NCBI GenBank assembly: GCA_964347155.1
Contig: CAYFXR010000161.1
Coordinates: forward strand, 1-58,356
DNA from: an uncultured Nitrospiraceae bacterium
Lineage (GTDB): Bacteria; Nitrospirota; Thermodesulfovibrionia; UBA6902
DNA length: 58,356 nt
Direction: 5' to 3'
Position numbers and translations under genes: made by a program
Notes under the pieces: model-generated
Told to the model about the DNA's origin: nothing
The model's database searches: none
What the model saw: the letters and a program-made list of their open reading frames with translations, nothing else
Shown: piece after piece, positions 1-8,721 of the stretch
Numbering within the stretch: position 1 is the first letter of the stretch
Layout of the letters: each line of letters opens with the position of its first letter

Positions 1-637
1 TAACAAATGGCTTTATTACTAAATAGTCGACCCCTGCGTTCCTCATTGTTCGGACAGCATTGATTAAGCAATTAATATTTTCAGGCAAAAGGACGTACTG
101 TACGCCGATATCAAGAGACAATCTGTTTTTCTTCTTCAGATTCGCCGCCCTTTCGATATTTCCGACAACCGTATCAAACGCAGCCGGTTTCACCCTATGG
201 ATTTTGGAATAGTTATCTCTCGTGCCGCCATTAAAACTGAATCTCATAAAGGTAAGAGCAGGTAATATTTTTTCAGTCAGTTCCTTTTTCAGTAACTGCC
301 CGTTTGTGAACATCCCAACATCGATATTACGTTCTCTTGAATGTGTAATGAATTTATCAATATCCGGATGCAATAATGGCTCTCCCTCTCCTGCAAACAA
401 AAGGCTTTTAATACCGCATCGAGCTATCTCGTTGATAAACGCTATAAGCCTTTCTGCTTCAAGTTTTCTGTTAGGATAGCCAATGAAATCATATGCACAG
501 AATATGCATCTATGACTGCATTTTCCTATGGGGCTGATCTCCATATACATCGGGAAGCAGTCACTTTTTTCAATAAATTCATTTACCCTGTCAGGGTGAT
601 ACATGAGTTTATGTCCATCAAAAATATATTTGCTCAT
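1..637 (-). CDS. radical SAM protein (partial; C-terminus runs off the window edge)
   Basis: Absent from the ORF track because it runs off the edge. Reverse complement from the ATG at 637 reads MSKYIFDGHKLMYHPDRV...ISPIGKCSHRCIFCAYD (CxxxCxxC) ...LLFAGEGEPLL. It starts 9 nt after the stop of the upstream rSAM gene. Confidence 0.8.
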   Translation of the reverse strand, partial: MSKYIFDGHKLMYHPDRVNEFIEKSDCFPMYMEISPIGKCSHRCIFCAYDFIGYPNRKLEAERLIAFINEIARCGIKSLLFAGEGEPLLHPDIDKFITHSRERNIDVGMFTNGQLLKKELTEKILPALTFMRFSFNGGTRDNYSKIHRVKPAAFDTVVGNIERAANLKKKNRLSLDIGVQYVLLPENINCLINAVRTMRNAGVDYLVIKPFV

Positions 638-645
638 ACATCCTC

Positions 646-1617
646 TTAACCAACCGCTACATTCCCTGCATCTTCTTCTTTCTTTAGTTTCCTGATATTC
701 CTCATTTCTACGGTTGTATGCCCGAATATTTGAAACCTATTTGTTTTCACCTTTACATCACAGGGATTACAATCTCCGTAAGACGAACATGGTCTGAACT
801 TATCGATTTCGTTTTCATTAAAATTATTGTCCAAGATATTGGCGAAAGGTGATCTGCCGTTATAAAGGTCTGAATGACATTTATACACATACCCTGCCGG
901 ATCCACAATAATTTCTGTTGTCCTGCATTCACAGGATTTCATTTCATTTCCGCATACGGCGCCATCGTACTTGAAGGTGCCGTAAAGATCTTCTTCCCAT
1001 TTGCCAAGAAATTCCTTTGTCCTGAAATCGATTCCTATGTCCCGACATTTTTCCATAGTTTGCATTATATGCTCTCTCATATTCTTATCAGGAAACAGTA
1101 TTCCGTACAGTCCAACCCTGAATCCCGCTTCCTGCATTTTAAATGTCTTTTTGATTAATTCATCTATATCATTCTGTTCGGGATGATAACTGACCCGTAT
1201 GGAAGCATACGGCGCCTCCCTTGTAAACCGCCACAAAGGAACATTTTTAACAAATTTATTTACATCAAATGACATGTTTGTCAGGAGGTCCATTCTTATT
1301 TCTTCCTTGACTTCCCTGACAAATCTGTAAAACCCTTTATAAAGTGTCGGCTCTCCGCCCTGAAGTGTAAGAGGCAAATCGTCTCTTAAAATTAGCCTGT
1401 TCGCCGCCGTTATCCACTCATCAACAGATAAATGTTTTCTTTTTGCTTTTGTATATCTCGAGCCGCCGCCATGCAAATTTATGCAATACGGGCAACGCAG
1501 GTTACAGTTTAATGTCAGGAAAAAGGCAACATAATTATGATGTTGTTTTGGTTTTAGATTCAAAAAAGTCTTTTCTTGCTGATAATTTTTATTAATCTCT
1601 TTGATATTGAAGCTCAT
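646..1617 (-). CDS. radical SAM protein with Cys-rich (SPASM/twitch-like) C-terminal region
   Basis: 323-aa ORF with the LNCNLRCPYC CxxxCxxC motif, GGEPTL, and C-terminal cysteines (CECR...CHSD...CSSYGDCNPC). A sigma54-type promoter lies upstream. Confidence 0.85.
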   Translation of the reverse strand: MSFNIKEINKNYQQEKTFLNLKPKQHHNYVAFFLTLNCNLRCPYCINLHGGGSRYTKAKRKHLSVDEWITAANRLILRDDLPLTLQGGEPTLYKGFYRFVREVKEEIRMDLLTNMSFDVNKFVKNVPLWRFTREAPYASIRVSYHPEQNDIDELIKKTFKMQEAGFRVGLYGILFPDKNMREHIMQTMEKCRDIGIDFRTKEFLGKWEEDLYGTFKYDGAVCGNEMKSCECRTTEIIVDPAGYVYKCHSDLYNGRSPFANILDNNFNENEIDKFRPCSSYGDCNPCDVKVKTNRFQIFGHTTVEMRNIRKLKKEEDAGNVAVG

Positions 1618-1706
1618 AACACCTCCAACATTCTTATTGCTTTAAATCCGTACACATCGTTTTGATCCTGCAGCCTATGGCTTTTTTCCAAGACTCTAAG
1701 TTTGAA

Positions 1707-1722
1707 AGCAATATATGTACCA
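1707..1722 (-). promoter_or_regulatory. sigma54-type promoter (TGGTAC-ATATA-TTGCT)
   Basis: Minus-strand read TGGTACATATATTGCT has correct GG-N10-GC spacing, about 90 nt upstream of the rSAM ATG at 1617. One mismatch in the -24 box. Confidence 0.55.
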
Positions 1723-1856
1723 AATAACTGCTATTAGATATGAGCAAATAGAAGTCGGATTGCGGTTCTTTTGTTTCAATATCACCCTTACCTTCATAAA
1801 AAAATCATATTTTTAATATCACGTGATGATGTCATTGCTGTTCTTTAACTTAAGGA

Positions 1857-1872
1857 AGCAATTACCTTGCCA
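1857..1872 (-). promoter_or_regulatory. sigma54-type promoter (TGGCAA-GGTAA-TTGCT)
   Basis: Minus-strand read TGGCAAGGTAATTGCT. The identical 16-mer recurs at 5168-5183 within a homologous block of about 70 bp. Confidence 0.6.
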
Positions 1873-2031
1873 GAATTTTTTTATAACGAAGGGAAAAAGG
1901 ATAATATATTGAAATAAAAAAATAATACAGAATGAGATATAATGGAAACATGGATTTTAGCAATTTTCTGTAACCTGTTTTTAGGGTACAGAAGTCAATA
2001 TATTGACAATTATGATATGAATGAATTTTGT

Positions 2032-2119
2032 TTAACCCGAAAAATGCGTTTGAAATAATGTCCCGATATGTCGGGATTGGAAGAAAATTTATTTACAATG
2101 TCTGCATTATTTGGGTTAA
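2032..2119 (+). repeat. MITE/REP-like element, short form (copy A, 88 bp)
   Basis: TTAACCCGAAAAATGCG...CTGCATTATTTGGGTTAA. Both TIRs are present and there is an internal hairpin TCCCGATATGTCGGGA. It lies 8 nt downstream of the fliS-1 stop. Confidence 0.8.
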
Positions 2120-2126
2120 TCTTCGG

Positions 2127-2495
2127 TTACAGTTGACTTACCTGCTGCATTTCCTTCCAGGCATCCCTGATGATCTCAATAATCCGTTCCGCATTTTCTA
2201 TAGCCTTTATGTCTCCATTTGCATTGGCCTGATAGAGTCCGACAAGGACAAAATCATAGAGATTTTTGAGATTCCGGGCGATCTCTCCGCCATCCATATT
2301 AAGTGAGTTTGACAGCTCTGTCACAATCGCAGAAGCCTTTTTAATATATAACGCCTTTCCTGTTGAATCACCCTGCTCTAATTTCTCTTTTGCAATCCTG
2401 ATAAAGTTGACCGCACCATCATAGAGCAAAGTGACAGCCTGTATTTTGTCTGTATCTTTTGTCTCTGTCTGTACATCCGTTCTCAATACTTCCAT
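2127..2495 (-). CDS. fliS: flagellar export chaperone FliS (paralog 1)
   Basis: 122 aa, with LLYDGAVNFI...ELSNSLNMDGGEIARNLKNLYDF typical of FliS. SD GGAGGAAGAG lies before the ATG. It is clearly similar by eye to the second FliS at 5379-5825. Confidence 0.85.
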   Translation of the reverse strand: MEVLRTDVQTETKDTDKIQAVTLLYDGAVNFIRIAKEKLEQGDSTGKALYIKKASAIVTELSNSLNMDGGEIARNLKNLYDFVLVGLYQANANGDIKAIENAERIIEIIRDAWKEMQQVSQL

Positions 2496-2519
2496 CTCTT
2501 CCTCCTTGTTGATTGTTTA

Positions 2520-2701
2520 TTGACCCAAAAAATGCTTTTAAAATAATGCAGATGTTGTGAAAAAATTTATTTTTCGATACATTAAACGCATTTTTAATCA
2601 ATGTACCTGTTCTTATTTTTATTCAAAGCTATATGCATAATTTGATAAAAAAATATCGAGTTAAATAAATTTTTGAACAATGTCTGCATTATTTGGTTTA
2701 A
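2520..2701 (+). repeat. MITE/REP-like element, long form (copy B, 182 bp)
   Basis: TTGACCCAAAAAATGC...CTGCATTATTTGGTTTAA aligns end to end with copies D, E and H. It lies between the sigma54 promoter at 2783 and the fliS-1 ATG. Confidence 0.8.
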
Positions 2702-2782
2702 GGCGTCTATGCCGCTTACTTGTATTTTCAACATTTCTAACAGGTGACCATTTCAAGGTTCTATAAAATATGGTGGGAATAG

Positions 2783-2798
2783 AGCAATATCTATGCCA
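2783..2798 (-). promoter_or_regulatory. sigma54-type promoter (TGGCAT-AGATA-TTGCT)
   Basis: Minus-strand read TGGCATAGATATTGCT matches the consensus. It is upstream of fliS-1, with repeat copy B in the predicted leader. Confidence 0.7.
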
Positions 2799-2917
2799 AA
2801 GATTAAGACAGGAATTTTTTTATATTTTCTTTAACTTTAAATGCCTCTGGGAGGAGGCATACATACCTGAAAAAGCTTTACCCCGTATAATATTTGTACG
2901 GGGTTTAAAGCAACTCC

Positions 2918-3072
2918 TTTAAAAATGCCATCTTGCATTCATAAAAGTATTAATGAATGCAAAAAACTTTTATCGATTGCAAAATGGCATTTAATAATCA
3001 TGTTGCATTTTTAAAGATTTTAAAGGTATCTATGCCTTGTATTTGCATGGTTAACTGCATTATCTAGGTTAA
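2918..3072 (+). repeat. degenerate copy of the MITE/REP-like element
   Basis: The right end CTGCATTATCTAGGTTAA (3055-3072) matches the family right TIR. The left part, AAAAATGCCAT...TTTTATCGATTGC, resembles the family only loosely. Confidence 0.35.
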
Positions 3073-3247
3073 TGCAATGAGCATACTTTTGATAAGCTTA
3101 TACAAAGAGAATAATTGTCAAATATTTCAATATACGATTGGTAAAATCAGGGAAAAATCTTCACCCCTATGGTATTATTTTTCCTGCCTTCCATAAATAT
3201 ATCAAAACGCAAGTTTGCCGCCCTTACCCGTTCCTCTGGTTCTCGCC

Positions 3248-3325
3248 TTATCTAAAATGCAGTTAAATAATGCAGGCGTTGGAAGAAAATAAATTTTATT
3301 ACAATGTCTGCATTATTTGAGTTAA
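3248..3325 (+). repeat. MITE/REP-like element, short form (copy C, 78 bp)
   Basis: TTATCTAAAATGCAG...CTGCATTATTTGAGTTAA overlaps the last 8 codons and the stop of the Maf gene. Confidence 0.7.
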
Positions 3326-4810
3326 CTCTTCTATATATCTGTTACACATATCAATCCGTTGTGCAGCCGGAATCTCCTGCAAAAAAGACCATAACTTAAC
3401 TTTTGAATTTATTCGATGTATGTGTGAATTATTATATTGCCTTCCTCCTTTTCCTCTTTTTATATCTTTCAATAATGTATCAACCTGTTGAATCGTAACG
3501 GGAGATGGTGTTCTTTTCACATTAAAAACAATTTTTTCATTTCTGTTACGCAATTTTTTATCCAATTCATCCTGACTGAGTATAGCCGTCGTGTTAAAAT
3601 CAATTCCACCTGCAATTTGAAATACTTTTTTACCCGTTTTTCTTAATTCTATAGTCTTCTGCTGCATATAACGGGCAGCGTGAAAATAGACCGATTGTGT
3701 AGTTGCAATCTGATTGTCACTTGTTAATACCCTAAACGTTGACATCATATCATTTACTTTCAAATCATTATCGTATTTATATTGAGTCCTGTAAGAATAA
3801 CGACTGTCCTTCCAGCAAAAATCCATACCAATACAATATATCTCATTAAATCCCATATAACCTGCTAACAAGAGCATAACCTCAGAGACCGAAGAAACCG
3901 GATCTTCCATTATCGGTAACCGAGCTTTTTCCCATATCATTTCATGTATCTGTCCACATCTGAAATGAAATAGAAATGTTTTTTTTCTCCTCCAATCCAG
4001 GGTAAGGGGATCAACACTGGTCTCTGCAAAAAAGGCCTCAAAATCATCGCTACATTCAGCCAGGAAGGATGTCATATCTTTTGGGTCCGCACAAACAACA
4101 AAATGTACCTTAATTCCATTTTTCTGTAAAAAAGATGCTGACTGCAATGATGCAAAGACTATACTCGTGTCAGTCTTTTTTAAAACAGGAATGCTTTGCT
4201 TCAGTGACGGGCCTGGATTAGTGAGAACTGCTCTCTTGCCTTTAAAAAGTCCTTCAAAATCTTTGATGCTGCCTAAAAAAGGCAATCGCACCATTGCCTC
4301 CAGTGATCTCTGGCTAACAATATGTTTTATATGATCATTATTGTTATATATCCTTCCCAAAAATTGTATAGCAAGTCTATATTCCAATCGGCAAAAAATA
4401 TCATACCCGGGATGGATGAACAGCTTAGGCTTTGCCCCTTTCTTTACAAAATGTAAAACGCTCTTTTTAAAATCGCTATAGTTATAGACAACAGTCACTG
4501 CTTTTTTCCATTCTCCACTACAAACCGGAAAAGACTGCTGCATAACGGGGAACGGTTCCCATACAATTATATTCCCATACCCTAAACTATATATTGACCT
4601 TGGAAGATAACCTAATCCCAGACCAATGATAATGATATGATCGCATCTTTCTTCCTTTGTTTTTGCGATAAGCTTACGGGCAATACCGTTTACTTGCTCC
4701 AGAGGATCATATAGACTATATACTGCCCGACCGCCGAGCAAAAGTATTTTTTCACCGGTTTTACTGACTTTTACTTCCCATTCACATTCTGAGTATCCTT
4801 TTGCATTCAT
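3299..4810 (-). CDS. motility-associated factor (Maf/DUF115-type) putative flagellin glycosyltransferase
   Basis: 503 aa with NPGPSLKQ and an IYCIGMDFCW-type core typical of Maf/MptE-like proteins. It is located between the two fliS genes. Confidence 0.75.
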   Translation of the reverse strand: MNAKGYSECEWEVKVSKTGEKILLLGGRAVYSLYDPLEQVNGIARKLIAKTKEERCDHIIIIGLGLGYLPRSIYSLGYGNIIVWEPFPVMQQSFPVCSGEWKKAVTVVYNYSDFKKSVLHFVKKGAKPKLFIHPGYDIFCRLEYRLAIQFLGRIYNNNDHIKHIVSQRSLEAMVRLPFLGSIKDFEGLFKGKRAVLTNPGPSLKQSIPVLKKTDTSIVFASLQSASFLQKNGIKVHFVVCADPKDMTSFLAECSDDFEAFFAETSVDPLTLDWRRKKTFLFHFRCGQIHEMIWEKARLPIMEDPVSSVSEVMLLLAGYMGFNEIYCIGMDFCWKDSRYSYRTQYKYDNDLKVNDMMSTFRVLTSDNQIATTQSVYFHAARYMQQKTIELRKTGKKVFQIAGGIDFNTTAILSQDELDKKLRNRNEKIVFNVKRTPSPVTIQQVDTLLKDIKRGKGGRQYNNSHIHRINSKVKLWSFLQEIPAAQRIDMCNRYIEELTQIMQTL

Positions 4811-4912
4811 GAGAATTTTTCCGTCACATCATTTCTTATTACCGGTTCCAGCACTTTTCTTGTTTTATCTAGAATATTGAACAAGCAGATTTTTATTTTT
4901 TTATCTTATCGC

Positions 4913-5094
4913 TTTACCAAAAAAATGCATTTAAAATAATGCAGGCTTTGTGAAAGAAATTATTTTTCGATACCTTAAACGCAATATTAATTGATCGAGC
5001 GTGAATTCTTTTATTCAAAGCCATATGCACAATTTAATAATAAATTTATCGAGTTAAATAATTTATTGAGCAATGCCTGCATTATTTGGGATTA
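4913..5094 (+). repeat. MITE/REP-like element, long form (copy D, 182 bp)
   Basis: TTTACCAAAAAAATGCATTT...CCTGCATTATTTGGGATTA. It lies between the sigma54 promoter at 5168 and the Maf ATG at 4810. Confidence 0.8.
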
Positions 5095-5167
5095 TGAATC
5101 TTTGAACATGCCTGCACATCACGTCATATGTGAATAATTTCATTTATGTTTTACATTTATAGAGGAA

Positions 5168-5183
5168 AGCAATTACCTTGCCA
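5168..5183 (-). promoter_or_regulatory. sigma54-type promoter (TGGCAA-GGTAA-TTGCT)
   Basis: Same 16-mer as at 1857-1872. It is upstream of copy D and the Maf gene and downstream of the fliS-2 stop. Confidence 0.65.
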
Positions 5184-5378
5184 GAATATGTAAAAGATAA
5201 CAATTGTTATAGTAAAATATTAATAAAATGTCTATAACTTATTGTAATTATTATATTGTTGCTGGGGCTTGCGTTTAGAAAATAATTCGACCAAAATCAA
5301 TATTCATGATTTTATATTTAAATAAATTGATGTCAACTCAATGACATTGATGATGGAATGACAGAATGTTTTGCACAT

Positions 5379-5825
5379 TTACAAATTTGAATTTTGAATT
5401 TGTTTTGTATTGAGTTCTTTCAATCCAGGATTTTTCACCTGGACGTTTACTGGTTGTTTCATCTCCTGCATCATTTCTTTCCAACCGTCTTTAATCGTTT
5501 CAATAACTCTTTCTACATCTTCTATCGCCTTGATATCATTATTCATGTTAGCAAAGAGAAGACGTCTGAGGGCATAATCATAAAGACTCCTCAGGTTCTT
5601 AGCAATCTCCCCCCCTTTTTCCATATCCAGTACATTGGACAGTTCACTTACAATTGTCGTTGCCTTTACAATATGGGTTCCTTTTGATATAGTATCTCCC
5701 CTTTCAATCTTATGTCTAGCGATCTTAAGATGCTTCAGCGTCCCTTCATACAACATCAAAACAATTCCCACTTTATCGGTAGATGCAATAACAGTCTTCT
5801 TATAACCCGCAATGTCCATGTACAC
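5379..5825 (-). CDS. fliS: flagellar export chaperone FliS (paralog 2)
   Basis: 148 aa with MLYEGTLKHL...ELSNVLDMEKGGEIAKNLRSLYDY. It follows fliD, the canonical position. Confidence 0.9.
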   Translation of the reverse strand: MYMDIAGYKKTVIASTDKVGIVLMLYEGTLKHLKIARHKIERGDTISKGTHIVKATTIVSELSNVLDMEKGGEIAKNLRSLYDYALRRLLFANMNNDIKAIEDVERVIETIKDGWKEMMQEMKQPVNVQVKNPGLKELNTKQIQNSNL

Positions 5826-5872
5826 GCCTCCTCTTGAATAGTTTAATACCTGTACACCAGTATATTAGATTT

Positions 5873-7237
5873 TTAAGCCTGTAAAGAAATGTTGTTCAAT
5901 AAATTTCCCGCAGTCTGAAATCCACTTACAAGTGATTCTAGAGCTGTAAATTTGCGAACCAGATCCTCCTCTGTTTTATCCAGCCTGTATTCCATATTCC
6001 TTATAGTATCATTTATATTGTCAATAATATCCTTTAAACCTTTTTCCCTTAAAGTTATGGAACCATCAACAGTACTCGTAATTGCGTCTATATAGTCATG
6101 TATCTGTATTGCAATACCTTCTGTTGCATCTGTAAAAAGATTTGCAACATCATCAAGGTTAGAAGAAAGTTTGGAATCCAGTGTACTGCTGTCTATCTCA
6201 AGCTTGCCGGTTTTGCTGTCAGTTGTAATACCTATCTGGGCAAGCGTCTTTAAATCATCCGTAAGTCCTGACACACTGTCTGAAATGATACTCCTAAACT
6301 TGCTCTCGATATTCCTCGCAGTCCCTTCTCCTGAAAAAATGCCGCTCACTCCAGTGGCAGAATCATATGCCCTGTTTGTGGAAAGGAAAGATATCACTTC
6401 ATTATGAGCACTGACAAAATCTTCTATCTGTTCCTTTATTGCATCCACATCTGCGATCACCGATACTGTACTTGATGAACCCTCCTTGTAAAGATTTATC
6501 GTCATTCCCTCTATTACATCCGTGATGGTATTTGAACTTCTTGAAATTGATATACCGTCTACAGTGAAATCGGCATCATCACCAGTCTTCTTTTCAGTAA
6601 AAGTAGTCGACCGAAAATCTTCGGTATTGCCGGTTCCATCCAGTGTCGTACCTGCATCAATGCTGATTGTTTTTGTACTGCCCATATCATTTCCCGTAAT
6701 TGACAACCGGTAAGAAGAACCATCATTAATGATTGTTGCTGTGACTCCAGGGTTACTTGTGTCATCATTAATGAGGTTTTTCAGACCTTCCAATGTGGTA
6801 CCATCCGCTACGGTAAGCGTTCTTTGTGTCCCTGCATATGTATATTGAAAAATTTTATCACTGCCGCTGTTGTTCACTACCGTTGCAGATGATGCAACCC
6901 CGCTGTGTACTTCTTTTTCTTCTGAAGCAAGGTCTGTTACCGTTACGTTGTAGTTACCCACGGGAGTTGTATTGCCCACTGTAGCGTTCAAAACTGTTGA
7001 GTCACCTACCGATACAGACTTTGCATAAAAATTAGCTGAAGTTCTCAGTTTATCAACAGCACTTTCCACGGCTGAAAGCTTTGTTGAAAGTTCACTATAT
7101 GTGCTGATTTTTTCTTTATATGCAGATTTTTTGTTTTCTAATATCTTAATAGGCTGGCGCTTTACCTCAATGAGTTTGGATATTAAATCATTATAGTCAA
7201 TTCCTGTGCTTAGACCACCTACGGTAAAAGTCGACAT
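5873..7237 (-). CDS. fliD: flagellar filament cap protein FliD
   Basis: 454 aa. The N-terminus GGLSTGIDYNDLISKLIEVKRQPI and a C-terminal coiled-coil region are typical of FliD. Confidence 0.95.
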   Translation of the reverse strand: MSTFTVGGLSTGIDYNDLISKLIEVKRQPIKILENKKSAYKEKISTYSELSTKLSAVESAVDKLRTSANFYAKSVSVGDSTVLNATVGNTTPVGNYNVTVTDLASEEKEVHSGVASSATVVNNSGSDKIFQYTYAGTQRTLTVADGTTLEGLKNLINDDTSNPGVTATIINDGSSYRLSITGNDMGSTKTISIDAGTTLDGTGNTEDFRSTTFTEKKTGDDADFTVDGISISRSSNTITDVIEGMTINLYKEGSSSTVSVIADVDAIKEQIEDFVSAHNEVISFLSTNRAYDSATGVSGIFSGEGTARNIESKFRSIISDSVSGLTDDLKTLAQIGITTDSKTGKLEIDSSTLDSKLSSNLDDVANLFTDATEGIAIQIHDYIDAITSTVDGSITLREKGLKDIIDNINDTIRNMEYRLDKTEEDLVRKFTALESLVSGFQTAGNLLNNISLQA

Positions 7238-7238
7238 T

Positions 7239-7619
7239 TTATCCCTCCTTATTTATCAGGAGACCTTTTAAATCCCTCGCTTTTTTTGAAAGTTCTAAAA
7301 ACTCTTCCGGCGGAATTTGTCGCACAACTTTATCTGTCTCACTGTCTACAACCTTTACTACAGTGATATCGAGTTCTTCCTCAACCTCGAGTCGGATCTT
7401 CCTGTTAAAGAATTTTGCAACACTGACAATACGGTCTAATGCTTCTTTTACATCGATATTCTTGTCTTTATCTCTATCTTTATTAATACTTCCCTTTTTT
7501 TCAACAGCTTCTGTTTTTTGCTTGTCAGCATGCAGGAATTCCCTGTATTTCACCTCGGGTGTTGATACATTCTCCAAATTTACTTTTTTAAAAATGCCAT
7601 TAATCATTCCTGTATTCAC
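7239..7619 (-). CDS. flaG: flagellar protein FlaG
   Basis: 126 aa. The C-terminal LEVEEELDITVVKVVDSETDKVVRQIPPEE motif is typical of FlaG, and the gene lies between fliC and fliD. Confidence 0.85.
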   Translation of the reverse strand: MNTGMINGIFKKVNLENVSTPEVKYREFLHADKQKTEAVEKKGSINKDRDKDKNIDVKEALDRIVSVAKFFNRKIRLEVEEELDITVVKVVDSETDKVVRQIPPEEFLELSKKARDLKGLLINKEG

Positions 7620-7639
7620 TCCCTATCATCCAATCATTG

Positions 7640-7667
7640 TCAAGGGCAGGGTAATCCCTGCCCTTGA
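7640..7667 (-). terminator. perfect 12-bp stem-loop after fliC (terminator/attenuator-like, no U-tract)
   Basis: TCAAGGGCAGGG-TAAT-CCCTGCCCTTGA, 22 nt downstream of the fliC stop and upstream of flaG. Confidence 0.5.
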
Positions 7668-7689
7668 CTGAAATATCCCTGTGGGGATC

Positions 7690-8535
7690 TTATGCCAAAA
7701 GCTGAAGGGCATACTGAGGCATTACATTTGCCTGTGAGAGAACCGCAACTCCAGCCTGCAATATTATCTGGTTTCTTGTCAGAGTTGCAGTCTCAATTGC
7801 AAAGTCTGCATCCGCAATCCTTGAATTAGCTGCTGTCAAATTTTCTGATGCTATCTCAAGGTTTGCAATGGTGTTACCCAGCCTGTTCTGTACCCCGCCT
7901 AATGTACCTCTTCTTGTAGAGACCGTTGAAATAGCGCTATCCACCAGGGTTAACATGGATTGTGCATTAGCCGCTGTTTCAATGCTTGACTGAGCGGTAC
8001 TTAGTCCAAGCGCTGAAGCGTCAATATCCCCTAATGAACCTCCGCTTATTGATATCCTGTCATTAGCACTATTCTGAATTCCAACCTGCAAGGATACACC
8101 GTTTGTACTCAGGGTTCCGTCTAAGAGCTTGAGACCGTTAAATTCTGTGGTATCTGATATCCTGGTAATTTCACTCTTCAGATCCTGGAACTCATTATTC
8201 AGTGCCGTTCTGTCAGAACTAGCCAATGTGCCGCTAGCAGCCTGCTGTGCAAGTTCCCTCATCCTTGTAAGTATGTTGTGGATCTCGTTCATGCCGCCTT
8301 CAGCTGTCTGCACAACGCTAACACCATCCTGGGCATTTCTTATAGCCTGATTGATACTCCTGATATGTGCAGTCATTTTCATTGAAATGGCGAGTCCTGC
8401 GGCATCGTCCTTTGCAGAGTTGACTCTCAGACCTGAAGACAATCTTTCAATAGATGTTCCAAGCCTTCCCTGAACGCGTCCTACATTCTTCTGCGCATTC
8501 AGAGACATGATATTTGTGTTAACAATTAAACCCAT
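7690..8535 (-). CDS. fliC: flagellin
   Basis: 281 aa. N-terminus NTNIMSLNAQKN...LSSGLRVNSAKDDAAGLAI and C-terminus ...LTRNQIILQAGVAVLSQANVMPQ are typical of flagellin. Confidence 0.97.
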   Translation of the reverse strand: MGLIVNTNIMSLNAQKNVGRVQGRLGTSIERLSSGLRVNSAKDDAAGLAISMKMTAHIRSINQAIRNAQDGVSVVQTAEGGMNEIHNILTRMRELAQQAASGTLASSDRTALNNEFQDLKSEITRISDTTEFNGLKLLDGTLSTNGVSLQVGIQNSANDRISISGGSLGDIDASALGLSTAQSSIETAANAQSMLTLVDSAISTVSTRRGTLGGVQNRLGNTIANLEIASENLTAANSRIADADFAIETATLTRNQIILQAGVAVLSQANVMPQYALQLLA

Positions 8536-8540
8536 TTTTT

Positions 8541-8573
8541 CCTCCTTGATTTTTGCTTATTGGCTTCCGTGCC
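8541..8573 (-). promoter_or_regulatory. candidate CsrA binding sites in the fliC leader
   Basis: The mRNA reads GGC-ACGGAA-GCC (GGA in a hairpin loop, 8562-8573), and the SD AAGGAGG (8541-8547) contains a second GGA. csrA and fliW are encoded just upstream. Confidence 0.45.
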
Positions 8574-8721
8574 TTTTTGCAAGACAAAGCTTGCTGTTAC
8601 TTCCTTTTAAAGAATTAGGTCACATTGTTTGAATTGTCCAAGCAGTTTAACTGCTTCTCGCAATCCTGTTTTCTTTCATCACCCCTTTCTTGACCATATT
8701 ATGTTCATTTCTTTAGTTTAC

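Noticed and set aside
4903-4938. A sigma28-like match (TAAATGCA-N12-AGCGATAA) upstream of Maf, partly formed by the left end of repeat copy D.
   Set aside because: The -10 box has two mismatches and the -35 box is off by one. The equivalent position in the other repeat copies has no -10 box, and a much better sigma54 promoter lies upstream.
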